Program-made: the position numbers and the translations under genes | Notes under the pieces: generated by a model | What the model was told of the DNA's origin: nothing | Seen by the model: the letters and a program-made list of their open reading frames with translations, nothing else | The model's database searches: none | Shown here: one piece after another, positions 12,861 to 27,200 of the stretch | Position numbering within the stretch: the stretch's first letter is position 1 | Layout of the letters: every line of letters starts with the position of its first letter | NCBI RefSeq assembly: GCF_009914755.1 | Contig: NC_060942.1 | Strand: one strand, 5' to 3' | DNA length: 64,000 bases | DNA from: the human T2T-CHM13v2.0 reference genome, Homo sapiens

Positions 12861-13102
12861 AGAGAATGGATTTTAGGAGTATGTGGCGGTTGGTTTAATG
12901 ATCACTGACTTTTACTTCATAAGGAAAGGTGAAGCTTAGAAATCCTTGCCGATAGGAAACATGGGCCCAATGGGAAAATAAAAGCAGAACATATGTAAAT
13001 CTGTTTTATGGAAGAAATGAAGGGACAAGAGACACAGGAAGGGAAAAGAGGAAAAAAGGAGGAGGAAGAAAGATGGAAGAGAGGGAAATAAGGAGGAAAT
13101 AA

Positions 13103-13318
13103 AATAATTGCAAACCATTTAAATAGTGCTAAAAAAGTGCCAAGTACTATTTCAGGATGTCACGTAGTCATCAACATAAGCCTGTGAGACATGGGCATTA
13201 TAATCTTCATTTTAAAAATTAGAAACTGGGGCATCGAATGTATTTGCATGGCTTTAAGTTGTGGCACTTGTTTCAAACCCAGGCTATTTGACTCTAAAAT
13301 CTGTGCTCTCAATCACTA
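13103..13318 (-). mobile_element. MIR
   Basis: cattttaaaaattagaaactggggcatcg ... ttcaaacccaggctatttgactctaaaatctgtgctctc. Confidence 0.75.
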
Positions 13319-13359
13319 TTGGATGCACAGGGAATTCAGAAATGAAGAAAAAAAATAAT

Positions 13360-13600
13360 AGAGATTATACACTAGCAGGTGAAATACTGAATGAACAAGT
13401 GAATGCAATGTATGGTTTTAGATAATGAAAAGTACAAGAAAGAAATATAAATTAGGATAATGTGTTAGAGAATGAATGACTGATGGAAGGAGTTATTTTT
13501 GATGGTGGAACAAAAAAAAACCTTATGATTTTGAACCTGAAGGAAGGAAGATAGCAAGCCTTGTGACAGTCTGCAGAATAACAAGAAAAACAGCGATTCT
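13360..13600 (-). mobile_element. L2 fragment
   Basis: Purine-rich antisense L2-like text (aaatataaattaggataatgtgttagagaatg...ttttgaacctgaagg...agcaagccttgtgacagtctg). Confidence 0.45.
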
Positions 13601-14644
13601 GAATATTTATAACCATTTCAAAACTTTAATGCACAGTACAGGAAAAGAAATCATATGATAGTTGTTCCATTTTTGGCTTCTACCTTGAGATCTTACCTTT
13701 CATTCCAAGCCTCTTACCAAGCTATTGCTTTTGAGAGAATACAACAATATCTCTAACATTTGGTGAACTCAATAGTCTCCATCTTATTATATTGATATTT
13801 GCATGTCAGCAAAATATAAATATTGTAATATCTCTCATTTAACAGAAAAAGAAAGTAGAAATAAGAGAAACAGCTTCTCACTGAGGAATATTTAGAAAAT
13901 TCCACCCTAAATTTAGAATTTCTGGTTTTATATTATTTTAAACATCTTAGTAATTAAACTTTGTGAAAATGAACAGCACAATATATCTAAAAGATAAAAT
14001 AATTGAATTATGAGTCAGATTTAACATGTGATTATATGCTGTTTACTTTGGAAATTTTGTTTTTCTTGAGTTTCTATAATATTAAGCTATGTTTTAAAGA
14101 CTATTTTAGAAGTTTTGCTTGTAAAATAACCTTTGAACTCCAGGTCTTTTGGAAGCATATTTATTAATTTTCTTTGTAACAAAAACAGGAAAAACAAGTC
14201 AAAACACATTTATAGATATAACATCAATTTCTGTGAGCATACTGTTGATTAATAGAATAATTACATACAATTCATTCTTGGTTATCACTGAGACATAAAT
14301 GATAATATAGCCTAATTAAAACTGACTTCACTATGTTTTATTAGAAAGAATTGAAGGGGTGGCATGTAAAATACCAATATTGAAAGCTTCCAAAAAATTA
14401 AGCAATTCACACTTATAAATTTATTTTTGCTTATCTGTCTTGTTTTCTTAGACATCTTTCCATCATCAATATGAATATTAACAACTAATACTTATTTACC
14501 TCTCAAATACCAATCTATACACTCATTACTTGTTAAATTATGTAATCCTCACATATGATTTGTTCAACATATAGGTTCATCAGAAATGAATAGCTTTTTT
14601 TGTCTACCCATGTTTGGAGAGTTGAAATATCCTATATGTTCCAG

Positions 14645-15438
14645 CAATATGGACAAGAGATAGAAATACTGGATAGAAGAGGGTGGTTCCCAGTAAAGGC
14701 CCCACCCTGGACCTGTGGTCCTAAATTGGGACAGGCATTCTTGTTTTCACACCTCAAATGTTGCCTTTTGGCCCACCACGCCCCATCTTGTACCCATATA
14801 AACCCGAAACTCCAGGCTCCAAAGGCAGACAAGGAGAGGAGGAGACAAGGAGACAAGCAGATGAACAGTGGAAGAGGGTAGCTCGAGAGAAAGAAAGAAG
14901 AGAGGGAACAACTGAATGCCAGAAGGGTTCAGTTGGGGGTGGGCAGAGGGGAGTTCAGCCTTTGGATGGCCTAACTCCAGGGGAAGATCATCTTCCCACT
15001 CCATCCGCCTTCTAGTTCCCCATCCGTCTGGCTGAGAGCCACCATCACCACTCAGTTAAAACCCCACATTCATCCTTCAAGCCCGTGTGTGACCAGATTC
15101 TTCTTCCAGTACTCTGGGAAAGAGCTTGAGGTACAGAAAGTTGTCACACTGGCACTCTGCCCTTATGAAAAGGTAGAGAGTCCATTGAGCTGGTTAACAC
15201 TCAAACCATCTGTGGACAGCAAGGCTAAAAGAGCATTGTAGCACTGGGGCCACAGGTACCCACCCCTAGACACTAACGCAGGGCCAGAGCCCAAATCACC
15301 TGCCCTGGCTTGTGCACCTGCCCGTCTACAGGTGCCCCCCCCCTCCCATCAGGGGTTGAGCAGTGGCAGCAACTGAACAGGTGAGCCACACCCCTGTTTC
15401 ATGTCCTGCAAGGGGGGTCAGGGAACTCTCTCATTTCG
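14645..15438 (+). mobile_element. MER50 solo LTR (ERV1)
   Basis: atatggacaagagatagaaatactggatagaagagggtggttccc start; TATA cccatataaacc; ends gggtcagggaactctctcatttcg; near-TSD ccag/tcag. Confidence 0.85.
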
Positions 15439-15927
15439 TCAGGTTTGAGGCTCTCAAGGGAATAGGAAACATGCTATTCTCAAAGATCTGGACTCTTTGA
15501 GGGCAATATATCAAGCCTTCTCAAAGGAGCAGGGAATAGAAGTACATGATTAGCATAAGAGAGGGAGTATGCTATTTGTGAGGTAACTTGTCAGAGATTC
15601 AGAAAAGACGGGCATAGGTTTCCCAGGTGAGAAAACCTGGAAACACTTGCATGCTTTGCAATGGAGGAGGTCAACCCCAAGTTTGGAAAGGCCATCAACT
15701 ATAGCAGTCTTAGCATTTCCTCCCCACTGCACCATTCCTCAAAGTTTCACATAGCTAGGCATACTTGTCCCTGTGAGTAATTTTGGAATTATTTTGATAA
15801 GAGTAGCCAATCGATATTTCTTTTCAGTGAGTTTCACGATTTTTAAACCTTAATTCTTTAGATGTTACTTCTTTTTCTTTAATCTTGTTTTTTTTCTTTC
15901 ATGCCTTTATTTTTAAACATGTCTTTT

Positions 15928-15957
15928 AACTGCAATTACTTTTGCACCCATCTAATA
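15928..15957. mobile_element. MADE1/Hsmar1 terminal inverted repeat fragment
   Basis: aactgcaattacttttgcacccatctaata resembles one MADE1 arm. Confidence 0.65.
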
Positions 15958-16469
15958 TATAGCCTAGAGCAAATCTGGCTGTGTTGACTTCATGACGTGA
16001 AATAATTTTTTAATTTTGTTTTTGGTTTTTGTCCTATAGATTCATGTTAGATGTTGTCTTTCATTTAGAACATGGTGGTGAAGGGTTTTGATTTATTTAT
16101 TATTTTTTCATGAGTTCTGATGTCATCAAAGTTACAGTTTATTTGGGACTTGGAAAAATGTCTTCAGAGTTACGAAGTCAATACTGACTCAGCTCTTTAG
16201 TTTGTAAAGGTGTGTCATCAAAGACCCTAGAAAGTATCTGGTCTTGGATTTGTTTGTTTAAAAAATCTTGTCTAACGAATCTTGATTTTTGCTTTCTTGA
16301 GGACACTTTTGGGTTTTGCCCAAATTCTTGTGGATGAATAGATTATCAGAAGGACAATTTCTGTGGAGAAAACATAGCATATTAAGCAATTGGGATTTAT
16401 TTTCAAGTGCATCGGTCTTAAAATTTATCCAAAGTTTGCAGGAGAAAGGAAGAGATCGTGGTCTTTGAA

Positions 16470-17898
16470 AGGAAACTCAATATTGTAAAGATACAAATCC
16501 TTCTAAAATAACCCTACGAAACCATGAATCCAATTTGAGAAAATTATTAGTAAAAAATACAATTAAAATCAAGGAAAAGAAGAATGGAATGCCAAACTTG
16601 CCGTCATAGATTTGACTGCATCAAGATAGAAAAATTAAAGAAATGTGGCACGGAGACAAGACCAGATGAATGATGAGGTAATAATAGGAAGCCCTAATAT
16701 ACTATGTGTGTGTATGTGTGTAAAAGTGTATTATATGATACAGGTGGGAAAGTATAGACTACACAATAAAATCGTGTTGGAAAAATGTAATTCCTAAGGA
16801 GTATTTTTGTATTATATACCTACAGCACAGCAGAAACATAAATCCCAGAAATACTTTTAAGGTACAGACAAAATTAAAAGTTAATATTCATCTAACTTAG
16901 TGTGGAAGGAGGGAAGTTAGAAAATAAGAACTTCTAATAATATTATTAAAGATTAAAATTTTAAGAGAAAAAATAGATGGTTTTAAACACAAAGTTTATA
17001 ATATGGAAAAACATTATCACACATACATTTCAAATATATATATACTAAACAGTAAATATTTTATTATGCTTACAAATATATTTATGTATCAGAATATAAG
17101 TATTTACATTTATCATTTAGTGAATTCTCATAACTCAATAACAAACTTTCTAAAATTAAAAAAGAGAAAGGAAGAAGTAATTTACAAAGAAATAATTCTG
17201 ACAGTACATATTTTAAAGATTTACAACCTTATGATAATTTAAAAATTACAACAAAAGTAAAATACATTTTTTCATCCATCAGATTGACTGATTGTGTATA
17301 TCTTTATATCTTTTTCTCCTTAGTGTCTCCTCAAAAGAATCCCCTGAATAGCTAGGCATTTAAAATACAAATGAAAAAAAATATATTATAAAATACAGAT
17401 GGAGAGGTTTCACACAAAACTATTAATGAGAAATTCTGGAAAAAGGTCTGGAAATATGAATTTTAAATGAACATATTAATTACTTCTTATGATCAGGCAA
17501 GCTTGGAACTCGTGGCTTATATCCAAGGCAGTAAAGCACTAAACTGTTAGCAATCTTATTCTCTTTGTATTAAGATTGAATAAACTTATTTTTACTTATT
17601 ATACTCTTGAGTTTTTTTTCCTCAAGGCTTTCCAATGAACATTTATTACTTTTAGAGTAAAAAATATAATAAGGCTACAATAAGCATAGGAGATAAAAAT
17701 ATAAATAAAAACAAAATGGAGTAAACAACAAATAAAATTTAAATAAGAAGAACTAGAAAATGGTTATATCAAATATTATATTCACAGTGATATTTTTAAT
17801 ATATTTTTAAAATCCCTTATAAACCAATAATGAAACAAACCAGTAAGCAATCGTACAAAGTAAACAGACCATTTATACGCATGCATTTAAAAGGGACC

Positions 17899-17933
<35 letters not shown>

Positions 17934-18680
17934 TATATAACATATATATATATATAACTTATATATAATGCAAACTGACTAATAACATAAAAAATAATGA
18001 TTACAACAATGTGGTAACATTTTAAAACCATCAATTAGCAAATATCTGGAAAAATAATAATGCCCAGCACTGGCAAATATACTTTGGGACTGGTGTTGTT
18101 GTATACTCTGAAAAGCATGTGAATTTATCTAAACTTTATGAACTCTAGTAATATATATCAAAAGCTTTAACGATATGTTCCATCTGAATAACACCATTCT
18201 AAAGAAATAACCAGCCATGTAAACAAAAATTTATATATTCATTCGAAGGTGTATTACTTCAAATAAGGATGTCATCTAGGCTTCCCATAACAGGCTACTA
18301 AATATTCATAAATTAAAATGTTTGTAATGCAATTTTTAACACCATAGTGGGAGCTCCTTGAGAGTATCCTGCCTAGGAAAGATGAGTGGAGTTGGGAGCT
18401 GCCAGGGAAGTGAGGGCAGGAGAGGTTCTGGTACAAATATTTAAATAATTTTTTTCAAGAATGTTTAATGACCTAGAGAGATGCTGAGATTATAATGTTA
18501 ATGGATAGAAATAGTCTACAAAATTGCACAAGGTAAGTCCCCATTTTTGAAATATATTTATGAAAATATTTCAGTAGTGATTTTTCTGCTGGAAGACAAA
18601 GTAATTTTAATACCTCTCTTTATAACTTCCTGAAATGCCTGAATTTTTAAATAATTAGGCATATGTTACTTATTTTTAAA
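16470..18680 (+). mobile_element. Degraded L1ME-type ORF2 3'/3'UTR fragments
   Basis: caatattgtaaagatacaaat, aaattaaagaaatgtggcac, ttttcatccatcagattg and aataatgcccagcactggcaa motifs in A-rich sequence; probably several pieces. Confidence 0.5.
17899..17968. repeat. (AT)n/(CA)n compound microsatellite
   Basis: Directly visible dinucleotide runs. Confidence 0.9.
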
Positions 18681-20193
18681 AATATGCAATAATGAAACAG
18701 GAAAAAGTAGAAAGAGTAGAGTAATGACATTATAATTTTACCCTGACATAAAATATTACAATGCATTTTAGTATGTTTGTTACTGATGAAGCAATTTGTC
18801 AATGGAAATTCAACCTCAGAATTTTAATACCGATGTTATCACACTTGCTTAGGATGATTTGAATTCTGTAGTAAATCCAACTCCATTATGATAACTGCTC
18901 CAGCAAATTTCCATGTTGAGAGGTGGATTTCCTGTTGTGAAAAACAGGTGAATCCCAAATGTCTGATAAATGGTGACTTTCAAGAAGAGTTGAAGAAATA
19001 AAGTGGGGAAAAATAACTCTACAATGAAAAATGGCACCTATAATAGGAAAGTCACTATGGAAACAGATCACTGTTGGCAGCAACTTGAGTTTTCAATCAT
19101 TCCAGATGTAGAAATTTTCTGTTAAATACTACTTTAATCACCATCACTTTTTCTGTGGTGATGGGTTTTATCAGGTTAAAATAAAGGGTTTTTATTCATT
19201 CACTCTTTTATCTTAATTTGCTAAGCATTATATATATGTAATGCAGTAAAATATTAGGAAATGAATATGATACAGGTCTTGTCCTATAGAAGATGCTGTA
19301 GAAGACGGTCATGACACATTATAAATATTATACAAATATCCCTGTAGTTCCTTACTCCAATATTTTCTCTATATTGTGTCCTTCACTGGACAGTAACAAT
19401 TTTTAGAGATTTTGTTGTTGCTTGTCTTTGTAAGTCTATGACCAATATAAAAATATAGTAGGTTGTCAATACATTTTCAATGAATGAATAAAGATAGGAG
19501 AAAACACCTAACCATTTAAAGGGGTTCTAGGAAGCAGGCTACAATAGAAATACTTTCAATGATATTTGGGTTGAGGTCTTAATGCTAAATAACGGCATTA
19601 AGAAAGAACATTCTAGAAAAGTAGCAAGTGACAAGAAAGCTTCAAAATGTCCACAGCCAGGCTGAATCATGGTGAGGAACCTCTAAATGTCAGCTTAAAT
19701 TAAAAACTCTGTAAGTATTTACAGTAGAACTAAACATTTTACAGTTTTTAAAAATTTACAGGTTACTACTCACCTGGTTGTGTTTGCTTTACTACTACTT
19801 TCATTTATATTACCATTTTACTGACTATATTATGTATAGGGAATATGAATGGTTTATATGTAAATGGCACTTTTATTAGCCATAGATATAATTTGCATTA
19901 ACAAGTATCACTTTACTGATTTTAAAAAACCCATGCTGTTGCATGACTTGAGTGATTTAAAAGTTAAATAAGTATGGCTTCTCTTCCTCCTTGTTTTGTC
20001 TAAAAAGGATAAACAATTCCATTTCACTTGGATGAATGAATGGTTAATATTCTTTTCTTTTTCCTTAAATTAAATCTGAGTTAGCCCTTATTTGCCTACA
20101 TAAGTTAATATCTAATTTTAGTTATTTGAGAAGGTATCTCTTTATTAGAGGGCAGAGGTGAAAAGATGAGATGAGGCATTGCTTAGGAAGGTT

Positions 20194-22957
20194 TTTCTGT
20201 GCCTGTCAATTGTGATTTTCATTAGAATGTTCTTGTTGGTTCACTCTCAGAAACATGGTGGCAGCATGTTCACTCTTCCCCAAACTAAGCCATTGGAACT
20301 TTTCTAGTATTTCCAAGGGAGAGTTAACAGTTCATTTATGGTTATCAGCAAAACCATCATCTTTAGTGTCCCATCTATCTCCAGGGAGCTACAAATAAAT
20401 GAGATATCAATGTCTGCCCTCATCCATTCTTCCAGTTACAGAGAAGCCTTGGAAAGTAGTCATTCTTCTATTATTATATATTTGCCAAATAAATAGCCAC
20501 ATTCCAAATACCAGGGGATGTGTTAATTTGCTCAAGCAATAAAACCACACCTGGTACAGCAGCTGCAGTTAAAGTCCCACCTAGTTAAGCTTACAATAAC
20601 CCACTGACATTCTCCAAAATTAATCTGTCTTCTACACAGGCCAAATAGGAGAATTGAATGGGGATGTGGAAGGAATCACTACCCCTTTATCTTTTAAGTC
20701 CTTGATGTTGGCACTTATCTCCACAATTCTTCCAGAAACGTGGTATTGCTGTTGGTTGATTATTTTCCTAGGTAGAGGCAGTTCTAGTGGCTTACACTTG
20801 GCCTTTCTCACAATAATAACCTTACTCCAAGTATCAAAGAATTAATATGAGGATTCTGCCAGGTGCTGAATATTGTCTATTCTAATTGTGCATTGGAACT
20901 GGGGAAATAAGCACAAAATGGGTTCTGCGATCCACTGGGACCACTGTAAGAGGCTGAGCTAAAACTCCATTCACCAGCTGACCCCCACAAGTCCCTACTC
21001 TGACTGGTAGATCACAGTGATATTTTGAGTCTTGCGGAATTAACATCAATACAGAGCCAATATCCAGCAGTCCCCAAGAGGTCCAACCGTTTCCTTTTCC
21101 TCAGTGCACCATTACCCTGGTAAAATACTGTAGGTCCCTCTGAGGAAGGTTAGGAAATGATTATCAGTATAAATGTTGGACAGCATAACAGGATCCTCCT
21201 TAAAAGAGACCCAGCCTTCCTTTCATTCAAGAAGTATTAGATCTATAAACCGGCTCAAGTTTGGGAATTGATTAAATGGCTATGACTATTTTATGATTCA
21301 GATTAGTCTTTTGTTCACTTTATCTATATTTCTGCTTGTACAAATCAAGTAGAGTGTGATAGACTTTGTATCTATTTCAGTTCTAGAAACACCATGATCA
21401 ACTAGCCAATACTGGGGGTCTGTATAGGTCAGGCTATTCTTATTGCTGCTTTGAATCTACTGTCCATTATGGAATCCATGCCCACCTTGCCATTGGTAGT
21501 TGAGAACCACCACTTGGCCCCTCCCCATTGCTTTTAGGTTTTCCTATTCAGCAGCCACAGTACCCCACTGCAAGGTCTGGTCTCCACAGAATAGTGATGC
21601 CAGAGCTCACAAAAGATGCTGGGGCTCCCCTTACAAACTTATTTTCCACAGTTGTGGTGAAAGGTGTGTCTTCTAGACCTTCCCCAAATGTACGTAGGTC
21701 TCAAATGCAAAGCCACTCTAAGTCAAGTCCCCCTAAGGCTTCAAATCTTTCCTCTATGATAAACTAATACAGGCCTGGCATTTCTAATTCACTCACTGTG
21801 GGTTAGCTTTTGGTCCATGTTTTAGTTAACCAAACAAACTGTTAGAGCCCCTGCTAACTCCCTGAGCTGCCACATTAAATGCAGAATCCCTGCTTAGTAA
21901 GCCCATGTCAGTATATTCAGCCTGATCCAACTTTACATTTTTTCCACAATTATACCACATCCTTTATATTTATTCTCACATATATTGCCTAGAATTCTGT
22001 GGGTATAAATTAGAAAACTCAAGTAGGTCTTTTGAGGCATAGTGCATCACCTCATGGATCATACTTTGTACCTCATCTGTATGGGCCTATTGGAACATGA
22101 GCCTAGTTATAAGATTAGGAGCAAAGAAGGGAGGTGGGAGTTGGGTCTTGAGGAAACTCAGCATTGCCTTCAAATAAAACTTGCCAGCATGGAGGCCATT
22201 TCAGTTCCCTTAGGCAATGCAAAGTTAATTCTCTTAGACTGGGGTGGAAAGACCATTTTTACTAGGGATCATGAGGGTTCTTTTGCAAGGGGAAGAAAGC
22301 CCACTTCTACTAGCAAAGGAGATTCATTAGAATGTGGGAGCTCAATGTCCCCAGCTCCATCAGGGTCATTCGCCATTCCCCATTTCAACTTTTAGGATTC
22401 AATTTCTTTCCAATCAATGCCTTCACTTTAACAATAGATATCTTACAAGGCTGGAGATTCCATTTTCACTGCAATTCAACCAGTTGCTAGATGAGATCCT
22501 GAATTTAGTTTTCAGCAATCTCAGGCCTGTGGCTAAAGAGGATAAAGGTCTTTCACAGACAGACATGAAAGCTTTCAGGTCATTTATGTGGTACTTGAGC
22601 TAAGAATTTCAATCCCTGAGTTTATCTTTTTACCCCACGTTGTCCAAACATATTGAGAGCACCAAGCCAATCTCATTATACTCAGTTTGAAAAAAATGTT
22701 AGAAAGTATCATACACATGGTCACCTACATCTTTGCTTCTTATAAGTGTTTCATTAAGAGTATCCAATGGTGACATTCTGTGTATCTCTATTGCCAGGTC
22801 ATTTTGTGGACTGTCAGTGCTTGCTTTCCTACTAGAAATAAGAGTTGTTAGTGGAAATAAAAGTCATTAGTGTCTTTAAATCTCATCCAGAAAACTCAAA
22901 ACCAATGTTTAAAAATTGTCTTTTGTATTTTCCTATAGAGCCACTGCTGATATCACA
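20194..22957 (-). pseudogene. ERVL internal region: decayed gag-pro-pol, most of pol deleted
   Basis: The minus strand gives protease-like 'GLLDIGS' (~21053-21073) and the RT N-terminus '[43 protein letters not shown]' (~20580-20720) with stops; a PBS-like sequence adjoins the LTR. Left boundary approximate. Confidence 0.85.
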
Positions 22958-23440
22958 ATATTTATTAGTCAAGGTTTTCCAGAGCAACATAACCATTAAT
23001 ATATATGTATGTACTTGGAAAGAGAGAGAGAGAGAGAAAGATTGATTTAGTATAAGAAATTGGCTCATGTGATTATGGAAGCTGGCAAGACCAAAATCTG
23101 CAGGATGGGCTAGGGGTGTGAGAGGCCCAGGGAGAGAGCTCATACCCCAGTTCGAAGGCCCTCAGGCATAAGAGCTAGTGTTGCAGATGAAGTCTGAAGG
23201 CAGTCACCTGGGAAATATTCTCTCTTCCCAGAGGACAATGTTTTTTTCTTTTTGTCTATTACAGCCTTTTCAGCAGAATGGATGAGTCCCATCCACATTG
23301 TGGAAGGAAGTCTGCTTTACACTACTGATTAAAATGCTAATGTTAAAATCTACCAATTTAAGAGTTAGTCTAATCTGAAAACACTCTAGCAGAAGCACCT
23401 TTAACCAAATATCTGGACAGCCTGTGTCTGAGTCACATAT
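22958..23440 (-). mobile_element. MLT2 (C/D-like) 5' LTR of the ERVL provirus
   Basis: tattagtcaaggttttccagag...(GA)n...aagaaattggctcatgtgattatggaagctggcaag...aaccaaatatctgg. Confidence 0.88.
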
Positions 23441-23920
23441 GTCAATGTGAATGGGACACAGGGTGCCCAGATATTTTAAGGAAAACATTTTTTTTTTGTT
23501 TTTACTTAAAGGTTTACACATCTTTTTAAAAGAGGGTGTCCACATCTTTCAATTAAAAAAAAAAAGAAATTATTCACTGAAGAGCTGTTACCTGTCCTGA
23601 TAATCATTATTTTGAGCAAGTGGTTTAAACTCTTCTGTTGCAAAGAATCCCACAACTGAAGAAAACTTGAATCTTGGCTATTTTTCACAGAGGATACAAA
23701 AGGAGGGAAGGAACTGGTTGTGAATAGAAAAGGACTGAGATAACAATAATGCTGATAATAATTTCTTTGCTTTGAAAAATTTTTTACTTAATGGAATTCA
23801 ACCATCTATAATTTAGTTTAACTTTATATGAATGAAACACACTTAATATACTTTTTAAATTTTGTTTCCTTCACTCCATATTATGTTTGTAAAAATCATC
23901 TTTTTTTGTTTGTTTTGTTC

Positions 23921-24082
23921 ATTTTTTTTTTTATGAGACAGGGTCTCATTCTATTGCCTGGGCTGGAGTTCACTGGCATGATCACTGAGGCTCACTGCAG
24001 CTTCAACCTTCTGGCCTCAAGTGATTCTCCCACCTTGGGCTCCCAAAGTGCTGAGCTTACAAGTGTGAGCCATCACACCTGG
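23921..24082 (-). mobile_element. Alu monomer (FAM/FLAM-like or recombined AluJ)
   Basis: A single ~150-bp arm with poly(T): gagacagggtctc...ctcaagtgattctcccaccttgggctcccaaagtgctg...cacacctggcc. Confidence 0.85.
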
Positions 24083-24282
24083 CCCTATTCTTTTATTGTT
24101 CAGCCATAATCCATTGATTTTTATAGCATTCTTAATTTGCATTATTGGAACACAATCTTTATCCCTTCTACAGTTGATGGACCCTTGGATATTTCTAGTT
24201 TGAGATCTTGAGAACAATGCTGCTATGAACATTCTTTCCTATTTATCCTGGTGTTCTTGTGCACACATTCCATTACCGTCTA

Positions 24283-25420
24283 CACTCACGTGCCACGTAA
24301 TGATGTTTCAGTCAGTGATGAACCACATAGATGACAATGGTTTCATAAGATTTTAATGGAGCTAAAAACTCCTATTGCCTAATGGCATTGTAGTCATCAT
24401 AACATTTTAGCATAACACATTACTTAAGTGCTTGTAAAATTTCTGTATGGCACATATAATTATGTACAATACATCATGCTTGATAATAATAACAAATGAC
24501 TACTTTTCTGGTTTATGTGTTTATTATATCTTATCGTTACATTAGAGTGTACCCCTTCTACTTATTAAAAGAATTAACTGTAAAACAGCCTTAGGCAGGT
24601 CTTTCAGGAGGTATTCCAGACGACATTGCTATCGTTGAAGACGAGAGCTCCATGTGTGTTATTGCCCCTGAAAACCTTCCAGTGGGACAAGATGTGGAGG
24701 TGGAAGACAGGGATACTGATGATCCTGACCCTATGTGCATCTATACTAAAGGGTATATTTGTGTCTTTGTTTAAAAAAATTAAAAAGTAAAACATAAAAT
24801 TAAAAATTAAATAAATAATAAAGAAAATGTTATAGAGTAAGAATAAAAACCTACCTATTTTTGTACAGCTGTACAATTTGTTTTAAGCTAAGTATTACTT
24901 AAAAGAATCAAAAAGCTTAAAAAATTAAAAAGTTTATAAAGTAAAAAAGTTAAACTGTTAATTAATTATCAAAGAAAGAAAACTTTTATAAATGTAGTGG
25001 ATGGAGCCTAAGCGTACAGTGTTTATAAAATCTACTGTAGAGTACGCTAATGTCTTAGGCCTTCCCATTCACTCACCATTCACTCATTGAGTCCCCTAGA
25101 GCAGCTTCTAGCCCTGCAAGCTTCATTTGTAAAGCTGTGCCATTTTTACCTTTTATACAGTGTTTTTACTGTATCTTTTATATGTTTAGATACATTAGAT
25201 GAGCAACTACTTACCATTGTGTTACAATTGCCTCCGATATTCAGTACAGTCAAATGCAGCACAGGTTTATAACCTGGGAGCAGTAGGCTACACCATGAAT
25301 ACTAGGTATGTCGTGGGCTATACCGCCTAGGTTTGTGTAAGTACACTCTGATGTTTGCACAACCACAAAATTGCCTAATGACACATTTCTCAAAATCTGT
25401 CTTCATCATTCAGCAACACA
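24283..25420 (+). mobile_element. Tigger3b-like (Golem) non-autonomous DNA transposon
   Basis: TA then cactcacgtgccacgtaatgatgtttcagtcagtgatgaacc; diagnostic gcccctgaaaaccttccagtgggacaagatgtggaggtggaagacag; right end degraded. Confidence 0.88.
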
Positions 25421-25779
25421 GTCCTAATTAGGATTGAAATGGATGTTCCTGAGGTACCTGTATATCCAATTTTAGTAGATAATGATAAACTATTTTATAA
25501 TGATATAGTATCCAATTATATTCTCACCAGCCCTGAGAGTTCCAGTTGCCAAAAATAGTGTAAAATATTACGTTTTGTCGCTTTGTTAGTATCCCCATCA
25601 GGCTTTATTTGTTCTCCCTTACTCCTAATGTGATTTGTCACTTGGCTTGTCTCTTTAGAGGTGTGTCTGGGCAAATTTTGCAAGTCTTTACCATTTTCTA
25701 TTAGTCTGTTTTTTAATTCAGTTTAAGGAGTTCTTTGCATGTTCTAGAGTTAGCCCTTTAACTTTTTTCTCTGTCTTCC

Positions 25780-27200
<1,421 letters not shown>

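Larger units (their letters stand above)
23790..25770 (-). mobile_element. Old L1 3'UTR, split by an Alu monomer and Tigger3
   Basis: cagttgatggacccttggatatttctagttt...aacaatgctgctatgaacattctt; resumes after 25420 with tattctcaccagccctgagagttccagttg. Confidence 0.6.

Noticed and set aside
18780-19110. Coding-looking unique stretch, a possible exon
   Set aside because: The frame tried after the candidate acceptor hits stops quickly and the peptide is unrecognisable.
22042-22603. Plus-strand ORFs of 117 and 89 aa
   Set aside because: They are antisense to ERVL gag and have no independent coding signal.
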